Below, piece after piece: positions 44,403-56,388 of a DNA stretch of 64,000 nt; the first letter of the stretch is position 1; each line of letters starts with the position of its first letter. A model generated the notes under the pieces. That model was not told the DNA's origin, ran no database searches, and was given only the letters and a program-made list of their open reading frames with translations. A program made the translations under genes and the position numbers. Source of the DNA: Piedraia hortae CBS 480.64 (lineage: Eukaryota); NCBI GenBank assembly GCA_010093745.1, contig MU005963.1:330217-394216 (forward strand). Reading direction: 5' to 3'.

Positions 44403-45281
44403 ATGCACGGAAACGTTTACGTCCTCCCTGGCCAGTGTCCCGGTCAGCCCATGGCTACCCCGGGCGGTGTGGCTGTCTACGGGCTCAACAACTACTTCCA
44501 CTGTGGCCATCCTGCCTGCACGGGTGTTCATGCTGTCGCTAACAAGAAGCATGCCAATGTTGCTGGCCTCCCTCCCGCTCCACCGGCGCTCGTAACGGAG
44601 GCGGCGAAGAAGAAGGCCAAGGCTGACAAGGAGGCCAAGGAAAAAGCTGAGAAGGAAAAGGCCGAAAAGGAAGCCAAAGAGAAGGCCGAAAAGGAAGCCA
44701 AAGAGAAAGCTGAAAAGGAAGCCAAAGAGAAAGCCGAAAAGGAAAAGGAAAAGGCTGAAAAGGCGGCCAAAGCGAAACGCAACGTCAACGCTCCGCCCGA
44801 GCTCTCGACGGGAATGAACTATATGTTCTCGCGCAAGTACACCACCATCCACGTTTTCAAGATGGCCGCCCAGGTGTGGAAGCCCAAATACGCTGGCGAG
44901 ACCATGTGAGTTTGTCTGATTTAATTGGAAGATCTGCTGACATATACTTCCAGGCCGTTCAAGGCGTTCACGGTTCCCACGCACATGACTGTCAAAGCTC
45001 TCATTGAGAACGTTCGTGGTGTTGATCCCGGCGAAGCCTCGCGTTGCAAGAAATGGGCTCTCACCGAAGCGATTGAGGGTGGACGTGGGACATGGCACAA
45101 GGTATGTTCTTTTTTTTTTTTTTGTCTAATACCATGGCTATTGGTAGGGGCTGACGTTGGCTAGGGCACTACGATTGAATATACCGATGACAAGGCTGCT
45201 TCCACTCTCGACAGTCTCGGTTGGAATGACAAGCGTGGTGACCAGCTCCCTCCTGTCTGGGTTGTAGTTCATCCTGTCTAA
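44403..45281 (+). CDS. Hypothetical protein with (KEKAEKEA)n charged helix and compact C-terminal domain; introns 44906-44953, 45102-45164
   Basis: GTGAGT/GTATGT donors and CTGAC branch points give an open spliced frame ending PPVWVVVHPV*. Confidence 0.75.
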
Positions 45282-45577
45282 ATGGCGCAAGGCTGTATGG
45301 GTAGACATGCTGTAGGTATGTAGAGCAATGGATGCTGCACCACGTGTAGTAGATGAGTTCGGATATAGGGTGACGTGCAGAGTGGGGCGTTATGGGGGGA
45401 CTGACGATATGTGCCCCTTGCATTTGCAGAAAATGAGTGGCTGACGACGTCCGAGGCTAGCCCGCCTGCCACAGCGGGGGTTCCTCTGCCCTGTTTCCAA
45501 CTCACGTGAGCGCCGTCTGACGTTGAAGTCGCAAAAAGTCATCTGTCGATGACAAGATGTAGAAGAGAGACAGCTTC

Positions 45578-47558
45578 ATGACTCGCCTCGCCGTTTGCCT
45601 TTTGACAATTCTCCTATGCATCAAATTTAGTGCAACCTCACCCCTGGCCCTGAGGGATGACGAGGCCGACGTCTGTTTCCGCTGGGCACACCAATGTAGG
45701 CTGTAGCAATATTCTCTAGTGCCAGAACTGACTGTGGTTAGCGGCCATTGTAAACGGAACGCTGTACATATATGGCGGTCAAGCGTCGACCGAAGAGGGC
45801 CAAGATTCGAATACTTGGAACAACAATTTCCTCAGTCTTGACTTGACAAAGTCGTGGCAGATTGCTGCACCTCCTCTGCAGCCGCAGCCGCAGCCCAACG
45901 GTCCTCCGCCCGTTGCTCTCGGCCACATCTGGAACTCGTACGATTCGCTATATCTCTACGGCGGTGAGTTCTCATGGAAGCCGCCAGTCACGCCCACTGA
46001 ATTCTCGCTATGGGAGTATAAAATTGCCTCGAGGCAGTGGAAGGAGCACTCCAACCCAAAGACGTCCAAGGGTGTGTCTTCGCCAAGCGATGGGGACCCC
46101 GTCCAAAGATCGGCCGAGGGAGCGGGTGTAAGCGTGCCTTCTCTCGGGCGAGGCTTCTATTTTGGAGGTCACCAGGACGGATACACAACCGAGGGCTGGT
46201 CACAGAGCATTCCGCGCATATACCTCCAATCATTACTTGAATATACGTTCCCCGGCGCGAAGAACGATCAGACCGATGCCTCTTCGGGTTCGGACGGCGT
46301 GTACAGGAACATCACCGAGGGCGGGCTGCAGGCGTCGCATGGCTTCACCAAACGCGCCGATGGCCTGCTGGTCTACGTGCCCGGGTTCGGAAAGCAGGGC
46401 ATCCTGCTCGCCCTCGCGGGCGGCACGAATGACACTTTTACGCAAATGAACAATATAGACATCTACGATATCGCCACTTCATCATGGTCGAAGCAGGCCA
46501 CGACAGGACCGACTCCCAAAATCAGGGTGAACCCGTGCGCGGTGGCGGCCAGTGCGGCGGACGGCAGCTCGACAAACATTTATATGTTTGGCGGGCAGAA
46601 CCTCATCCCGTATGGCGACCAGACGCTGTACAACGACCTCTGGATCCTGACGCTGCCGTCGTTTACCTGGATTCAGGTCAATCAGGGGGGCCAGAGTGTA
46701 CCGTACGCACGGAGCGGGCACACTTGTAATGTGTGGAATGCGCAGATGGTCGTGGTTGGGGGATATGTGGGAACTGACCTTTCTTGCGAGAGTCCTGGCA
46801 TTTATGTCTTTGACTTATCCACCACCCAATGGGTCACTTCTTTCACGGCTGGGGATAAGAGTAATGACGCGGGGACGAGACAAAACCCTCTAAACCAGCA
46901 AAGTGGACAAAAGGCCAATGCATCCGACGCGGGCGGGTTGGAGGGCTCATACGGATACGCCGTGCCGCAGATTGTTATTGACGTGATTGGAGGAAACGCC
47001 AACGGAGGAGCCACAGTGACGAAGCCCGCAGTGGCAGCAACAAACGGCCCACTAGCCACGGGAAAACCAAAGACATTTTCAACCCCCAGTGGAGCTACGC
47101 CAACTGGGAGCTCCGGGAGCTCGTCCAAAGGGGGAGATTCAAGCTCCGACTCTGGAACATCGACCGGGGGCGCTTCTTCCCAGAAGAAATCCAAACCCAA
47201 CATTGCAGCCATCGTGGTGGGAACGCTGTGCGGTGTCTTGGCGCTAATAGCAATCTACCTTGCCTTCTGCGCCTACCTGTATCGGAAACAGGTGGCCCTC
47301 TACAAACACCATTTGGAGATGGCGCGGGCGGAAAAGGAAGAGTATCTCGCCAACCACCCGTATCCCGCTGCATCGTCTTCAGATGGCGTGTCGAACCGCT
47401 ACGGTTCGCAGCGAACATCTACCACCCGGCACAAGACGGATACGAGTGAGGAGCATGTCGATGACGACGACGACGACGATTTGCTCGCCGGCCAGGAGCC
47501 GAGTTTTGTTGGAGTTGTGTTGAACCCGCGGAGGAGTCTGAGGGTTATGAATCGGTAA
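45578..47558 (+). CDS. Type I membrane kelch/beta-propeller protein (intron 45697-45741)
   Basis: Signal peptide MTRLAVCLLTILLC; repeated LYIYGG/LYLYGG/FYFGG/YMFGG/VVVGG kelch motifs; S/G/T-rich stalk; TM IAAIVVGTLCGVLALIAIYL. Confidence 0.85.
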
Positions 47559-47589
47559 TGAGTAATGTGGGTGGGAACCCTTTCTCTGT

Positions 47590-47779
47590 NNNNNNNNNNN
47601 NNNNNNNNNNNNNNNNNNNNNNNNNNNNNNNNNNNNNNNNNNNNNNNNNNNNNNNNNNNNNNNNNNNNNNNNNNNNNNNNNNNNNNNNNNNNNNNNNNNN
47701 NNNNNNNNNNNNNNNNNNNNNNNNNNNNNNNNNNNNNNNNNNNNNNNNNNNNNNNNNNNNNNNNNNNNNNNNNNNNNNN
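47590..47779. other. Assembly gap (N run)
   Basis: Run of N. Confidence 1.
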
Positions 47780-49106
47780 ACCTCAGATCCCTCCCCAGAA
47801 AACACCTCCCGGGCGCCCACATCCACTGCAGACACTCCCGTTCCGACAAACGTCTACACGCCTCTTCGCACATTTCCCTCGAGGTAGTCGCCGCCTTCTC
47901 CGCCTCGCTGAGGAGGTAATACTCCTCGCCGCGTTCATTTCCGCTCGCAACGGATGGATCAATAAACTTTTTATCCTTTGAAAGATTGTCCCACTCTGTG
48001 CGTATACCGGCTATATGCGGCGCGACAAATGCCTCGAACACGTCTCTGAAGAGGTAGGGGTGTGTATGTCTCTTGGCTGCCCACTCGCGCTCGAAGCGCC
48101 AAAGGGAGTCAATTTCATGGGGCAGAACATGGTGCCATGTCACTGGCGGGGTGCACCAATGTTTCCTCGTCCAGTCAACTGTGGAGGGACGTTCGCCCTG
48201 GATGAGGGGCCAGGCGGGCGTGATGGGAACCTGCACATTGAGCAGGGCGCGTGCGAGGACTTCGTCGCCGCAGCAGGCTTCTGAGAGGGTCTGTTCCCAC
48301 TTCTCGTCGTAGACGTCCCGGCCCGTGGAGAGGCGCTTGGCGCGCAGACGCTGGGCTGCGGCCCGAGAGATGACGATGCCGCTTCCGCCGTGGGCAAACG
48401 TTGTGCTGCCGATGACGTTTTGGGAGCCGAGATATAGTGGCTTGTCGGGGTTCATGGTCGAGAGGTATTGCAAGAGGTTCGTCCATGATAGGCTGGTATC
48501 GGCTTCGATCATGACAAACCAGTCGATCCCCGGTCCCGCCGAGGCAAAAGCTTCGTTGAGCATCGGGAAGAACTTCCACTTGTCCAGGTTCCAGCCCCCG
48601 CCGCCTTTGAGGTAGGAGATATCACGTCCTTCGCCGTTGTAGGTGGACATTGTGCCGTAGAGGGTAAAGTCGTTTTCGTGTGTTTCTTTCGTGTGGGAGC
48701 TGATGCCTGCGATGGCGTCGTGGACGGAGTAGGGGCCAAAGCCCTGGGCGAGGTCGGAGAAGAGCATAAAGTGCGGAATGCAGGTCAATGTTGTGACAAA
48801 GTGGATGGGCAGTTTCTGGTACAGTTCTGTTGCGCCGGTTTTGACCATGACGAGGACCTTGTCGGCGCCCGGCAGGTTGAGGCATTCGTTCGGCTCCGTT
48901 GCAAGGCTCTCGTTGTGGTGACTGCTCTGGTTATGGACCGCCTTCAACGGCTTCGGGGCCGATGCCCTTTGATATGCCGGTGACCGCGGCAGCCATGCGT
49001 CCCGGTAGACGAACAGCAACAGCAGAATGCCGGCGAGCAGCGCAAGCCGGGTAAATGCTCCGCCGCGCGCGCTGAACAGAGTCGACGCGCTACTTCCTGC
49101 CGTCAT
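47780..49106 (-). CDS. Glycosyltransferase family 31 (fringe/C1GalT-like), type II membrane; 3' end in gap
   Basis: N-terminal TM, VMVKTGATE, GWNLDKWKF, WFVMIEADT, FAHGGSGIVIS, CCGDEVL. Confidence 0.85.
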
Positions 49107-49655
49107 GGCTCGGCATCAAATCCAAGGGCCGGCGTGGGAGGCGTTGAAGTATGGGGGACACTGATTCCCATCAAGGGATTGCCGGGTGCAAGGAATGCAG
49201 GCTGAGAATGACGTTTCATTTTAGACTTCGCGGCTTGATTGCGTACAAAGTTAGATGCAGGGAGAGTTGGATGCAGCTGTGCAGGGATGTTTGATATACC
49301 CAGGTCCAACTACTCAAAAGTTAATTCGTTGCGCCGTCGAGCTATCAGATGAAGCTATCAACTACATAGCTGCCATCTCACTGTCATGAATCGTTAAAAT
49401 TCATGTCCAATACATGATGCATGATGCATGACGGACGCCACCCCGTTCTTTTGGAGCAGCCTCGAAACTCTGATACAGGTTAGACCTCCCAAAAGTTAGG
49501 TGCGCCACCCAGTGTAATTTGGTGAAGCAGTCTGCCGTCGCACTGTTATGAACAGGTACAAGATAGAATACATAGCTCAAAGAAACAACCTAGAAATGGT
49601 GATACCGGCTGGAACCCATCGCACTTCGTTGGTACACGTTAGAATACATTACTCA

Positions 49656-51851
49656 TCATGGCCGCCACGCCGGTCTACTGGAAGCAGTCTTTTGTCCACG
49701 GTAATCGTCCAGTCTCGTGCGCGGTCGCGGCGGTTGCATACTGCTGCGTCTGCTGGATGCAAAAGCCGTTGGCGGCCGCGATCCGAGACTGAACAATTCT
49801 GTCTCGTCCTGCACCTTTACGGACGGGAGAACGTCACTCTGCCGTCCGCTCGGCCGTCGCAGCGCCGGCGTCGACTTTTTGGGTGTGAGAAACCGATTAG
49901 GCTTCGCTGACTGCGTAAAAGTCGGCACCGGCAGCGAAGACTTGCGCGGTGGAGGCTGAGTAGACGACGAATTTACCGGCGTCGACACAGCCCGGTTTGC
50001 CTGGCCCATCTTGGACGAGCGCAGGAAGTTTGATTTGGGTGTGACGGGCGTTTTTGCGTACTGAGACGGCTCCAACGCAGACAAAGGCAGGAAATCTCTT
50101 CTTTCAGGCTTGGGATTTGTGACCCATTTCGGCCTGCCTGGTGTCTCTGTGGCCGCAGGCGGTGACTTGAGTTTCCCATAGCTGGCTTTGAGAGATGGTG
50201 TGCGTACGCCATAGAGGTTGTTACCGTATAGACTGCCTGTCATGACACTCCCTGGCGGCGATGAGCCTGGCGTATCGTCCCCAATGGCGCTGCTCACAGC
50301 TGACCGCTCGCTAGACACGGCCGTGGAGATGGAATCTCGGACCTGCTTGCCCCATGATTGTGCGTCTATTCGGTCGACCGTGGCGTCCAACTCCCTCATG
50401 TCCGCCTGCAACGCGTTCCACCGTCTCCTCATGTCCAACTGCAGCCGCAGCACCTCGCCGTTCACCGTAAGCCGATCAGCCACGCCGCGGTCGACAATGG
50501 CCATGACGCGTTCGATGGCCGGCCCGTAGTGAGTCTTCTTTGCTTCGTAGTTCTCCACTTTGTTAGCAAACGCAGCTGGGTCAACCCGGTATTCTCGCTC
50601 ATCGATGCCCTCGCGCAGCTTCTGATAACTCCTGCTGACCGACTCGCACATCTGCAGCGCCTGTCGGCCGGCGTTTCGAAAGACTAGGATCCATCTGTCC
50701 TCGCCCAGCTCTCGCCGTACCGACTCGGCATCGCTTTCCAGCTTCGTCCACTGTGCCTCGAGCTGCTCCATCCGGTTGTCGAGATCCTCGCAAGCCGTAG
50801 GGAATACATGACTCGCACGGGCTTGAAAAGCCGACAACCGCATTGGCAAAAAGTCCAACGAAGCTCGGAGCGGCTGCATGCGGGCAAAGAGAGCCAGCAT
50901 GCGTGAGTCCTCTCTGCTATCGCCGTCCTGTGTTGATTGTGGATTCTGTGAAGACGGAGCAAGACTTCTACGACTGCTCTGGTTCGGTGTTGCTTTTCCA
51001 TCCACTGTTCCCGCCCAGAGGCCCTCTGCCCCGTCGTGCCTCTTTTCCTCCATTTCAAATACCAATCGGCTGAGGCTCCCCAGCTCCTGGCCGGCCTCGC
51101 CCAACACTGTGTTCCACAACTCCTCCCATTCTAGCGCAAGCTCAATCTGCGTCTTTACGCCCTTGAGCGTCAGCTTGATCTTGTCCCATTCGCCAATAAT
51201 CCCCTCCATCTGCCTCACACAGGATATAAGCTGGGCGGCCGAGAGCTTTGCCACGTCTTTGCGCGTTTGCAGCTCCTCGATCGACGCAATATACACCTGC
51301 ACGAGGCTGTCGAAGCGTCCGATGGCGTCTTCGACGTCACCGATGCCGTCCTTTCCGCCGGCCGCCGCCCACTCGACGTCGTCGTCTGCGTTGAGGCCGT
51401 CGAGCACATCAGATGCCTGACTAACCCACCTGCGGATCTGTTCAGACGCGTCAGAGAGCTCATCAGCGGCTTCCGTCGCCGTCGGAATCGACGACATGCG
51501 CTTCGTCATCGACGCAGCGTCCGGCAGCCGCATGCTGGTCAGATGGGACAGCTGACCCGCGAAGCTGACCCTGGACAGCGAGTAAATGGACCCTGGCCGT
51601 GCCAGCCCGGAGCTGTTGACCATTTCGTCCGGGCCGTTTCTGTTGGAGGCAAACATTGCCGTTGCTTCTTCCTGTTGGGCGGGCGGTTCCGGCAGTGGCT
51701 TGCTTAGCTTCTTGAGAGGCGATGGTATCATGGGAGTTGGTGCCCTTCGCTGCTCCTCCTTGTCGTGGCCTTGCGGATCCTTTGCCGCGTAAATGTTTTT
51801 TTCCAGCTGTGGCATGTACAGCGCCGTATGTGTCGTTTGAGTGTCCAGCAT
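49656..51851 (-). CDS. KAR9: Kar9-domain karyogamy/spindle-positioning protein
   Basis: EWEELWNTVL...FEMEEKRH, LFARMQPLRASLDFLPMRL, ELGEDRW...FR; basic Ser/Pro-rich tail. Confidence 0.8.
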   Translation of the reverse strand: MLDTQTTHTALYMPQLEKNIYAAKDPQGHDKEEQRRAPTPMIPSPLKKLSKPLPEPPAQQEEATAMFASNRNGPDEMVNSSGLARPGSIYSLSRVSFAGQLSHLTSMRLPDAASMTKRMSSIPTATEAADELSDASEQIRRWVSQASDVLDGLNADDDVEWAAAGGKDGIGDVEDAIGRFDSLVQVYIASIEELQTRKDVAKLSAAQLISCVRQMEGIIGEWDKIKLTLKGVKTQIELALEWEELWNTVLGEAGQELGSLSRLVFEMEEKRHDGAEGLWAGTVDGKATPNQSSRRSLAPSSQNPQSTQDGDSREDSRMLALFARMQPLRASLDFLPMRLSAFQARASHVFPTACEDLDNRMEQLEAQWTKLESDAESVRRELGEDRWILVFRNAGRQALQMCESVSRSYQKLREGIDEREYRVDPAAFANKVENYEAKKTHYGPAIERVMAIVDRGVADRLTVNGEVLRLQLDMRRRWNALQADMRELDATVDRIDAQSWGKQVRDSISTAVSSERSAVSSAIGDDTPGSSPPGSVMTGSLYGNNLYGVRTPSLKASYGKLKSPPAATETPGRPKWVTNPKPERRDFLPLSALEPSQYAKTPVTPKSNFLRSSKMGQANRAVSTPVNSSSTQPPPRKSSLPVPTFTQSAKPNRFLTPKKSTPALRRPSGRQSDVLPSVKVQDETELFSLGSRPPTAFASSRRSSMQPPRPRTRLDDYRGQKTASSRPAWRP

Positions 51852-52529
51852 CTACCAACGTCGTTTTTTTCTTGTGTAACCGTCAACTCACATCAAAACA
51901 TAAACATGCGCCTTTTGGCGGTTGCAGCGCCTAAATTGGGCACGCATGCGGGTGCGGGCCGGTCCTAAATGCGGGGGTTCTAGAAGATGTCAACCCCGCC
52001 GAGCCCCCCCACCATCCCAGCTCTGAGTTCAACTAGGTACCATTTCATGTGAATTACCCGAGTCCATCAATTTGTTTGAATAAAGACCTTGACAAACAAT
52101 GCGATAACTGTCGATTCCCTGATCTATTGTGCATTCTGCAGCTCTCTTCAAGTGCTCTCAGGTCCAGTAACTGCTTGTCCTGTCTTGATTCGGTGCACGT
52201 AAGATCTCCGCTTTGTTTCGTACGATATTGGGGGTCTGCAGTACCGAAGTTCCTCTTGAAACTGTGCATGCAATCCAGCTCTATTACATTCTGCATTCGT
52301 GTCCAAGCCATTCTTGAACGTGGCGAGCAGACTAGTTGCGTGCCATGACATTGTCGAGTTCCTGTTCACTCTCGTTGGACCGCACTTTTATCTCCAAAGG
52401 AACTATTACCCACTAGAGAAATTGTGCATCCAATTCAAGCCAGAGTGCTGGATTCGACCAGATAATAACGGAAAGGAATTTGGATAGAGATAAGCGAAAG
52501 GCATCTCTGACCATGGTTTACTATTGAAA

Positions 52530-54071
52530 TTACTCCACCCTGGAACTGGAATCTAAACACTCGACCTTGAGTTTGGGCGGCTTGTTTTTTGCCTGCGCGG
52601 CTTCCTGTATCCAGTCCTCAACAAGCTCTTTACGCACGCCCCGACACCACTTGAACACGGCTTCCTCAAATGCTTGCCAAGCCGCCTCATTCTTGTCATT
52701 AACCAGGTCCGACACTGGAACCTGAAGATGCAACTCCCAACGCAACTCGGCAGCTTTGATCCAATACCGCAGGTTTTCTGCCTTTCGATATGGCTTTGCA
52801 ACATCCGTATGCCACGACTTAATGAAGCCAATGGGCTGTCTGGAATTGCTGACGATGGCATTGTGAAGTTTAATCAATCTCTGGCCGTCCTGCAATGCAA
52901 CCAAGAAGTCGCTGGGAACATCGCCCGATGCTTCAGGCCACGGTGGCAGAGGCGATTCGCTGCGGTCAAAGGACACGAGGAAGAGTCGCTCCCGCTCCTT
53001 TTCTTTGCCTGTCCAGTCACCGTTTCTCCACACCAACGTCTCGCGTTCAGCCGCCTCATCCTGTTCTTGCTTCTCCTCTGCTTTCAACAACTTGTCAATG
53101 CTGTCTACCCAGGAAATGATGCCATTGAGCTCCGATACGTTCATCCCGCCCTTGAAGTTTCGGCTCGCCATGCGCTTCAAAACGTCAAGAACCTGATACA
53201 GTTCATGTCGAATGTCCCTTTCAGGCTTGATGGCATACAGCTTCTCCGGGCGCGTGTGCGCAGTGTAGTAGTTCTTCGCCGCCCGAATAGCCAAGGTGAT
53301 GATATCAAGCACATGTAGACCCCTAACCTCATGGGATGCATCGTTCAGCTGCGTCTCGGCAGATTCCAATTGGTGCTCGGACTCTTCCACGACTTTGCAG
53401 GCGTCCTGCAACGCCTCCTTCAGAGCCCGGCGTAAAACGGGTAGATCCGGCAACGGCTCGGTATAAGACGGCTTCATCTTGTAAGTGCTAACGGTTGGTG
53501 GCAGCATGGGAGGCATAGGAACACCAGCCTTCCACTCTTCGCTGGCATCCGTGGGGCTATCAATTACAGCAAAATCATCATCGTGCACTGCCACTGGCGG
53601 ACTGGACGGGTTTTCATTCTCCTTGTTGCGCTCACGCCGCGTCTGGCTCTTATCCCTCTGATACTGCGCACCCTTGCCGTCTAATAGCCCTGTCCGTGCA
53701 AAATAGTACTGCATGTGCGCGATGCTCCCCAGGCTCATCACGCTGTCCCGGTTGCGAGCGGAATCAGCAAAACACGTGCCTTGCGGACGCATATAGCCAC
53801 GCCGGCCACCTTCAGGACCGCTATCAGAATGTCGCGAGAGTCTTGATCTTGTCGATTGCGTTGACCATGAAGTGCCCGACGGCGTCGACACGGACCGATC
53901 TAGCGGGGGAGCCGCATGACGCGCAAGTGAGGGGGGTCCCGTGGGAGAAGACGCCCTGGACAAATCCTCCGGACTGGTTGACATCTCGCATTCTGATAAT
54001 GTCTCGGCCATTGCTGCAGGGTCCGTCCGCCTCAAACCTTGACTACCGGGACTCTTCACCTCTTGCGCCAT
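52530..54071 (-). CDS. Conserved fungal hypothetical protein with C-terminal calponin-homology-like segment
   Basis: Open frame from MAQEVK; motif SLGSIAHMQYYFARTG; C-terminal DFLVALQDGQRLIKLHN...AENLRYWIKAA. Confidence 0.75.
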   Translation of the reverse strand: MAQEVKSPGSQGLRRTDPAAMAETLSECEMSTSPEDLSRASSPTGPPSLARHAAPPLDRSVSTPSGTSWSTQSTRSRLSRHSDSGPEGGRRGYMRPQGTCFADSARNRDSVMSLGSIAHMQYYFARTGLLDGKGAQYQRDKSQTRRERNKENENPSSPPVAVHDDDFAVIDSPTDASEEWKAGVPMPPMLPPTVSTYKMKPSYTEPLPDLPVLRRALKEALQDACKVVEESEHQLESAETQLNDASHEVRGLHVLDIITLAIRAAKNYYTAHTRPEKLYAIKPERDIRHELYQVLDVLKRMASRNFKGGMNVSELNGIISWVDSIDKLLKAEEKQEQDEAAERETLVWRNGDWTGKEKERERLFLVSFDRSESPLPPWPEASGDVPSDFLVALQDGQRLIKLHNAIVSNSRQPIGFIKSWHTDVAKPYRKAENLRYWIKAAELRWELHLQVPVSDLVNDKNEAAWQAFEEAVFKWCRGVRKELVEDWIQEAAQAKNKPPKLKVECLDSSSRVE

Positions 54072-54414
54072 GTCACAGATGCTTGAGTGATGAGAATGTT
54101 GAGGAAGAGCGCGGGCTGGATCATTATCGGGTGAGAGGAGGGCAGATGAGAGAGGACCGCCTGTCAGGGCAACGAAATTGGCAACTCTCAGGGAACGCGC
54201 TTTGACACGCAGCTCCACACCAACCTGCAGCGGTCCGCAGCGGCCCGCTGTTAACGTGTTGCAGCCACAAAGGGTCCCGCGGGGCCAGGGTCTGACGACC
54301 AATTCCAACCAATCGCGCAGTTGAACGCTATTGGCTCGGCTCACTTGCCGAATAGATAGACCCAGACGTGAAGCGTCACATTTGATGAGGCGATTTACAT
54401 CTGAAGCAATCAAG

Positions 54415-54835
54415 ATGAGCCAGCGAGTATGAGTTGACTGGGGAATCCATTCCTTCATGGGGCGATGCTGACCTAAGCAGATCTCCTACACGGTCGAGGG
54501 CAACGTCCAAGGCGTCAATTACCGGTACGATTTTGTTTGGAACAACAGCAATATACTGAACTGAGCTCAGCGCATTCGCAGTTGAGCAGGCCAAAAGGCT
54601 TGGCATCACCGGCTTCGCCAAGAACGCGTCCGATGGTACCGTTGTTGGTGAAGCACAAGGCGACGCCAGTTCGCTCAAAGAGTTCGTTTCACACTTGAAA
54701 TCCGGTCCCTCTGCGGCAAATGTCTTTAATTTCAAGCATGATGAGATTCAGACCAAGTCTGGCGATAGTGGTTTCCAAAGGTGGGTGCATCCTCGGCGGA
54801 TGGGGGTTATTGTAACTCACTAGTATAGACTCTAA
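54415..54835 (+). CDS. Acylphosphatase (4 exons; introns 54427-54480, 54525-54570, 54781-~54828); absent from ORF track
   Basis: Spliced MSQRISYTVEGNVQGVNYRAFAVEQAKRLGITGFAKNASDGTVVGEAQG...LKSGP carries the VQGVxYR and N-x-x-DG-x-V signatures; last exon boundary uncertain. Confidence 0.88.
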
Positions 54836-55437
54836 GATTTGAACAATAGACGTAATGATTTCTGCGGCGGTAAATAAATCCTGATGCCAGTAATTGTTGC
54901 TGCCTCCATCGTTCATCACTTCCGCCCCATCGTAAGCATGGAGTCTGGTCACAAGTTGGGTGAAGAACAAAGACCTTGCCACCACCTGGCCAGCTTTGGA
55001 TGCATCCAGAAAACATTGACTTCTGCAGTCAGTGTGTTCCTCGGGGACAGGATACGTGCTACAGGAGTGATATTTCTAGACATTGGTACAAGGGGACAAG
55101 CCCTCACTGAACAGTTACGTAAATGGCAAAATGCAAAAAGCACTTGTGCCAAGACCAAAGTTCACTTCATTTGATCAGAGGTACTTGCAAACACCGTAGT
55201 TCGCTTAACGGGAGGCTGCACAGATCACTTCCCCGCTTGGAAATCCTCTCCAAAAATAGAGTGGGCTTATCGGGTAATTTGCGGGCCGCCGCATTAGTGC
55301 TTGAATTTCCCCGGTCCCTGCGCCTCTTCCTTCTCTTCCACCCCACACACACGCACACGCACACCTGGTCTGCTCGACTGTTTCTATCACTCCGACATTT
55401 TCAAAAGGGTATCGCTATTCGCAAATAATCAATAATT

Positions 55438-56388
55438 ATGTCCAGCAGGTATGTACACAGTAGCTTTGCCTTTGTCGATGTAGCTAAATTAGAGGTTAGA
55501 AGCGAAACCTCGGATGATTATGTCCTTGTTAATAGTGAGGATGGTGGTGTAGGTGAACTCCCAACTCCAGCTGAGGCAAAGGATGCGACGAATGAAACAG
55601 TCAAATTCGATGCTGGAAGTGATGCTGCGAATGTTGTGGATAGCGGTGAGAAAGCGCATGATGACGTAAAGGATGGCTCGCAGCATAGCGAGAAAGATGG
55701 CAAGGATGATGGCAGGAAAGAAGCTACATCTGACTGCCAAGATAACGTCACAGACAGGGATGAGAAGGTCGATGCCGAGAAAGTAGAAATTGAAGTAAAG
55801 GATGATAGCAAGAAGACCGAGAACGAAGGGATCAATGAAGACGACGACCTTGAGGTCAAGTACCAGCACCTTTTAAAACTCGTCGACCAAATGAAGGTCG
55901 ATAACGACCGGTTGAATGAAAAGCTATCGGATCTTAGATCCAAGGCATTGACAGACAGGAGAGCCGATGAGGAAAAGGAAATCTTGTATAATGAATCCCT
56001 AATTTGGCGGGAGAAGCTGGAGAAGGGACTTGAGTATTACAAGGATAAATGCAAAAGGCTCGAGGAGAAGTATCAGCGCGACATGAGCTCCGTCAGCGGC
56101 AACCACGCGGCTGCTGAGAAAAGGCTGAGGCAAAATACAAACGACCATCGCGACGAGGTCGCCCAACTGAAGAAGAAGTACACAAACGATATGAAGTCGA
56201 TCAAAGGTAACCTCAAGGCTTCAGACAGACGCTTCAAGGAGCTGCTTAACTCGGACACACCCGAGGCAAACGCCTGGAGGGACAAGTACAATCGTGACAT
56301 GCGTTCGATGAAGGGCCAACTCAGGGCAATGCGGGAACGGTACGAAGAGCAGCTCGAGGAGCTTGAAGATGACGATTCGGACTGGTAA
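55438..56388 (+). CDS. Hypothetical acidic/coiled-coil protein (probable in-frame intron 55449-55499)
   Basis: 316-codon ORF; three internal KYxxDMxSxxG repeats. Confidence 0.7.
   Translation: MSSRYVHSSFAFVDVAKLEVRSETSDDYVLVNSEDGGVGELPTPAEAKDATNETVKFDAGSDAANVVDSGEKAHDDVKDGSQHSEKDGKDDGRKEATSDCQDNVTDRDEKVDAEKVEIEVKDDSKKTENEGINEDDDLEVKYQHLLKLVDQMKVDNDRLNEKLSDLRSKALTDRRADEEKEILYNESLIWREKLEKGLEYYKDKCKRLEEKYQRDMSSVSGNHAAAEKRLRQNTNDHRDEVAQLKKKYTNDMKSIKGNLKASDRRFKELLNSDTPEANAWRDKYNRDMRSMKGQLRAMRERYEEQLEELEDDDSDW

Noticed and set aside
54072..54458. N-terminal ~130 aa of the 642-aa ORF
   Set aside because: Overlaps the divergent acylphosphatase start and promoter; the real start is more likely the ATG at 54071
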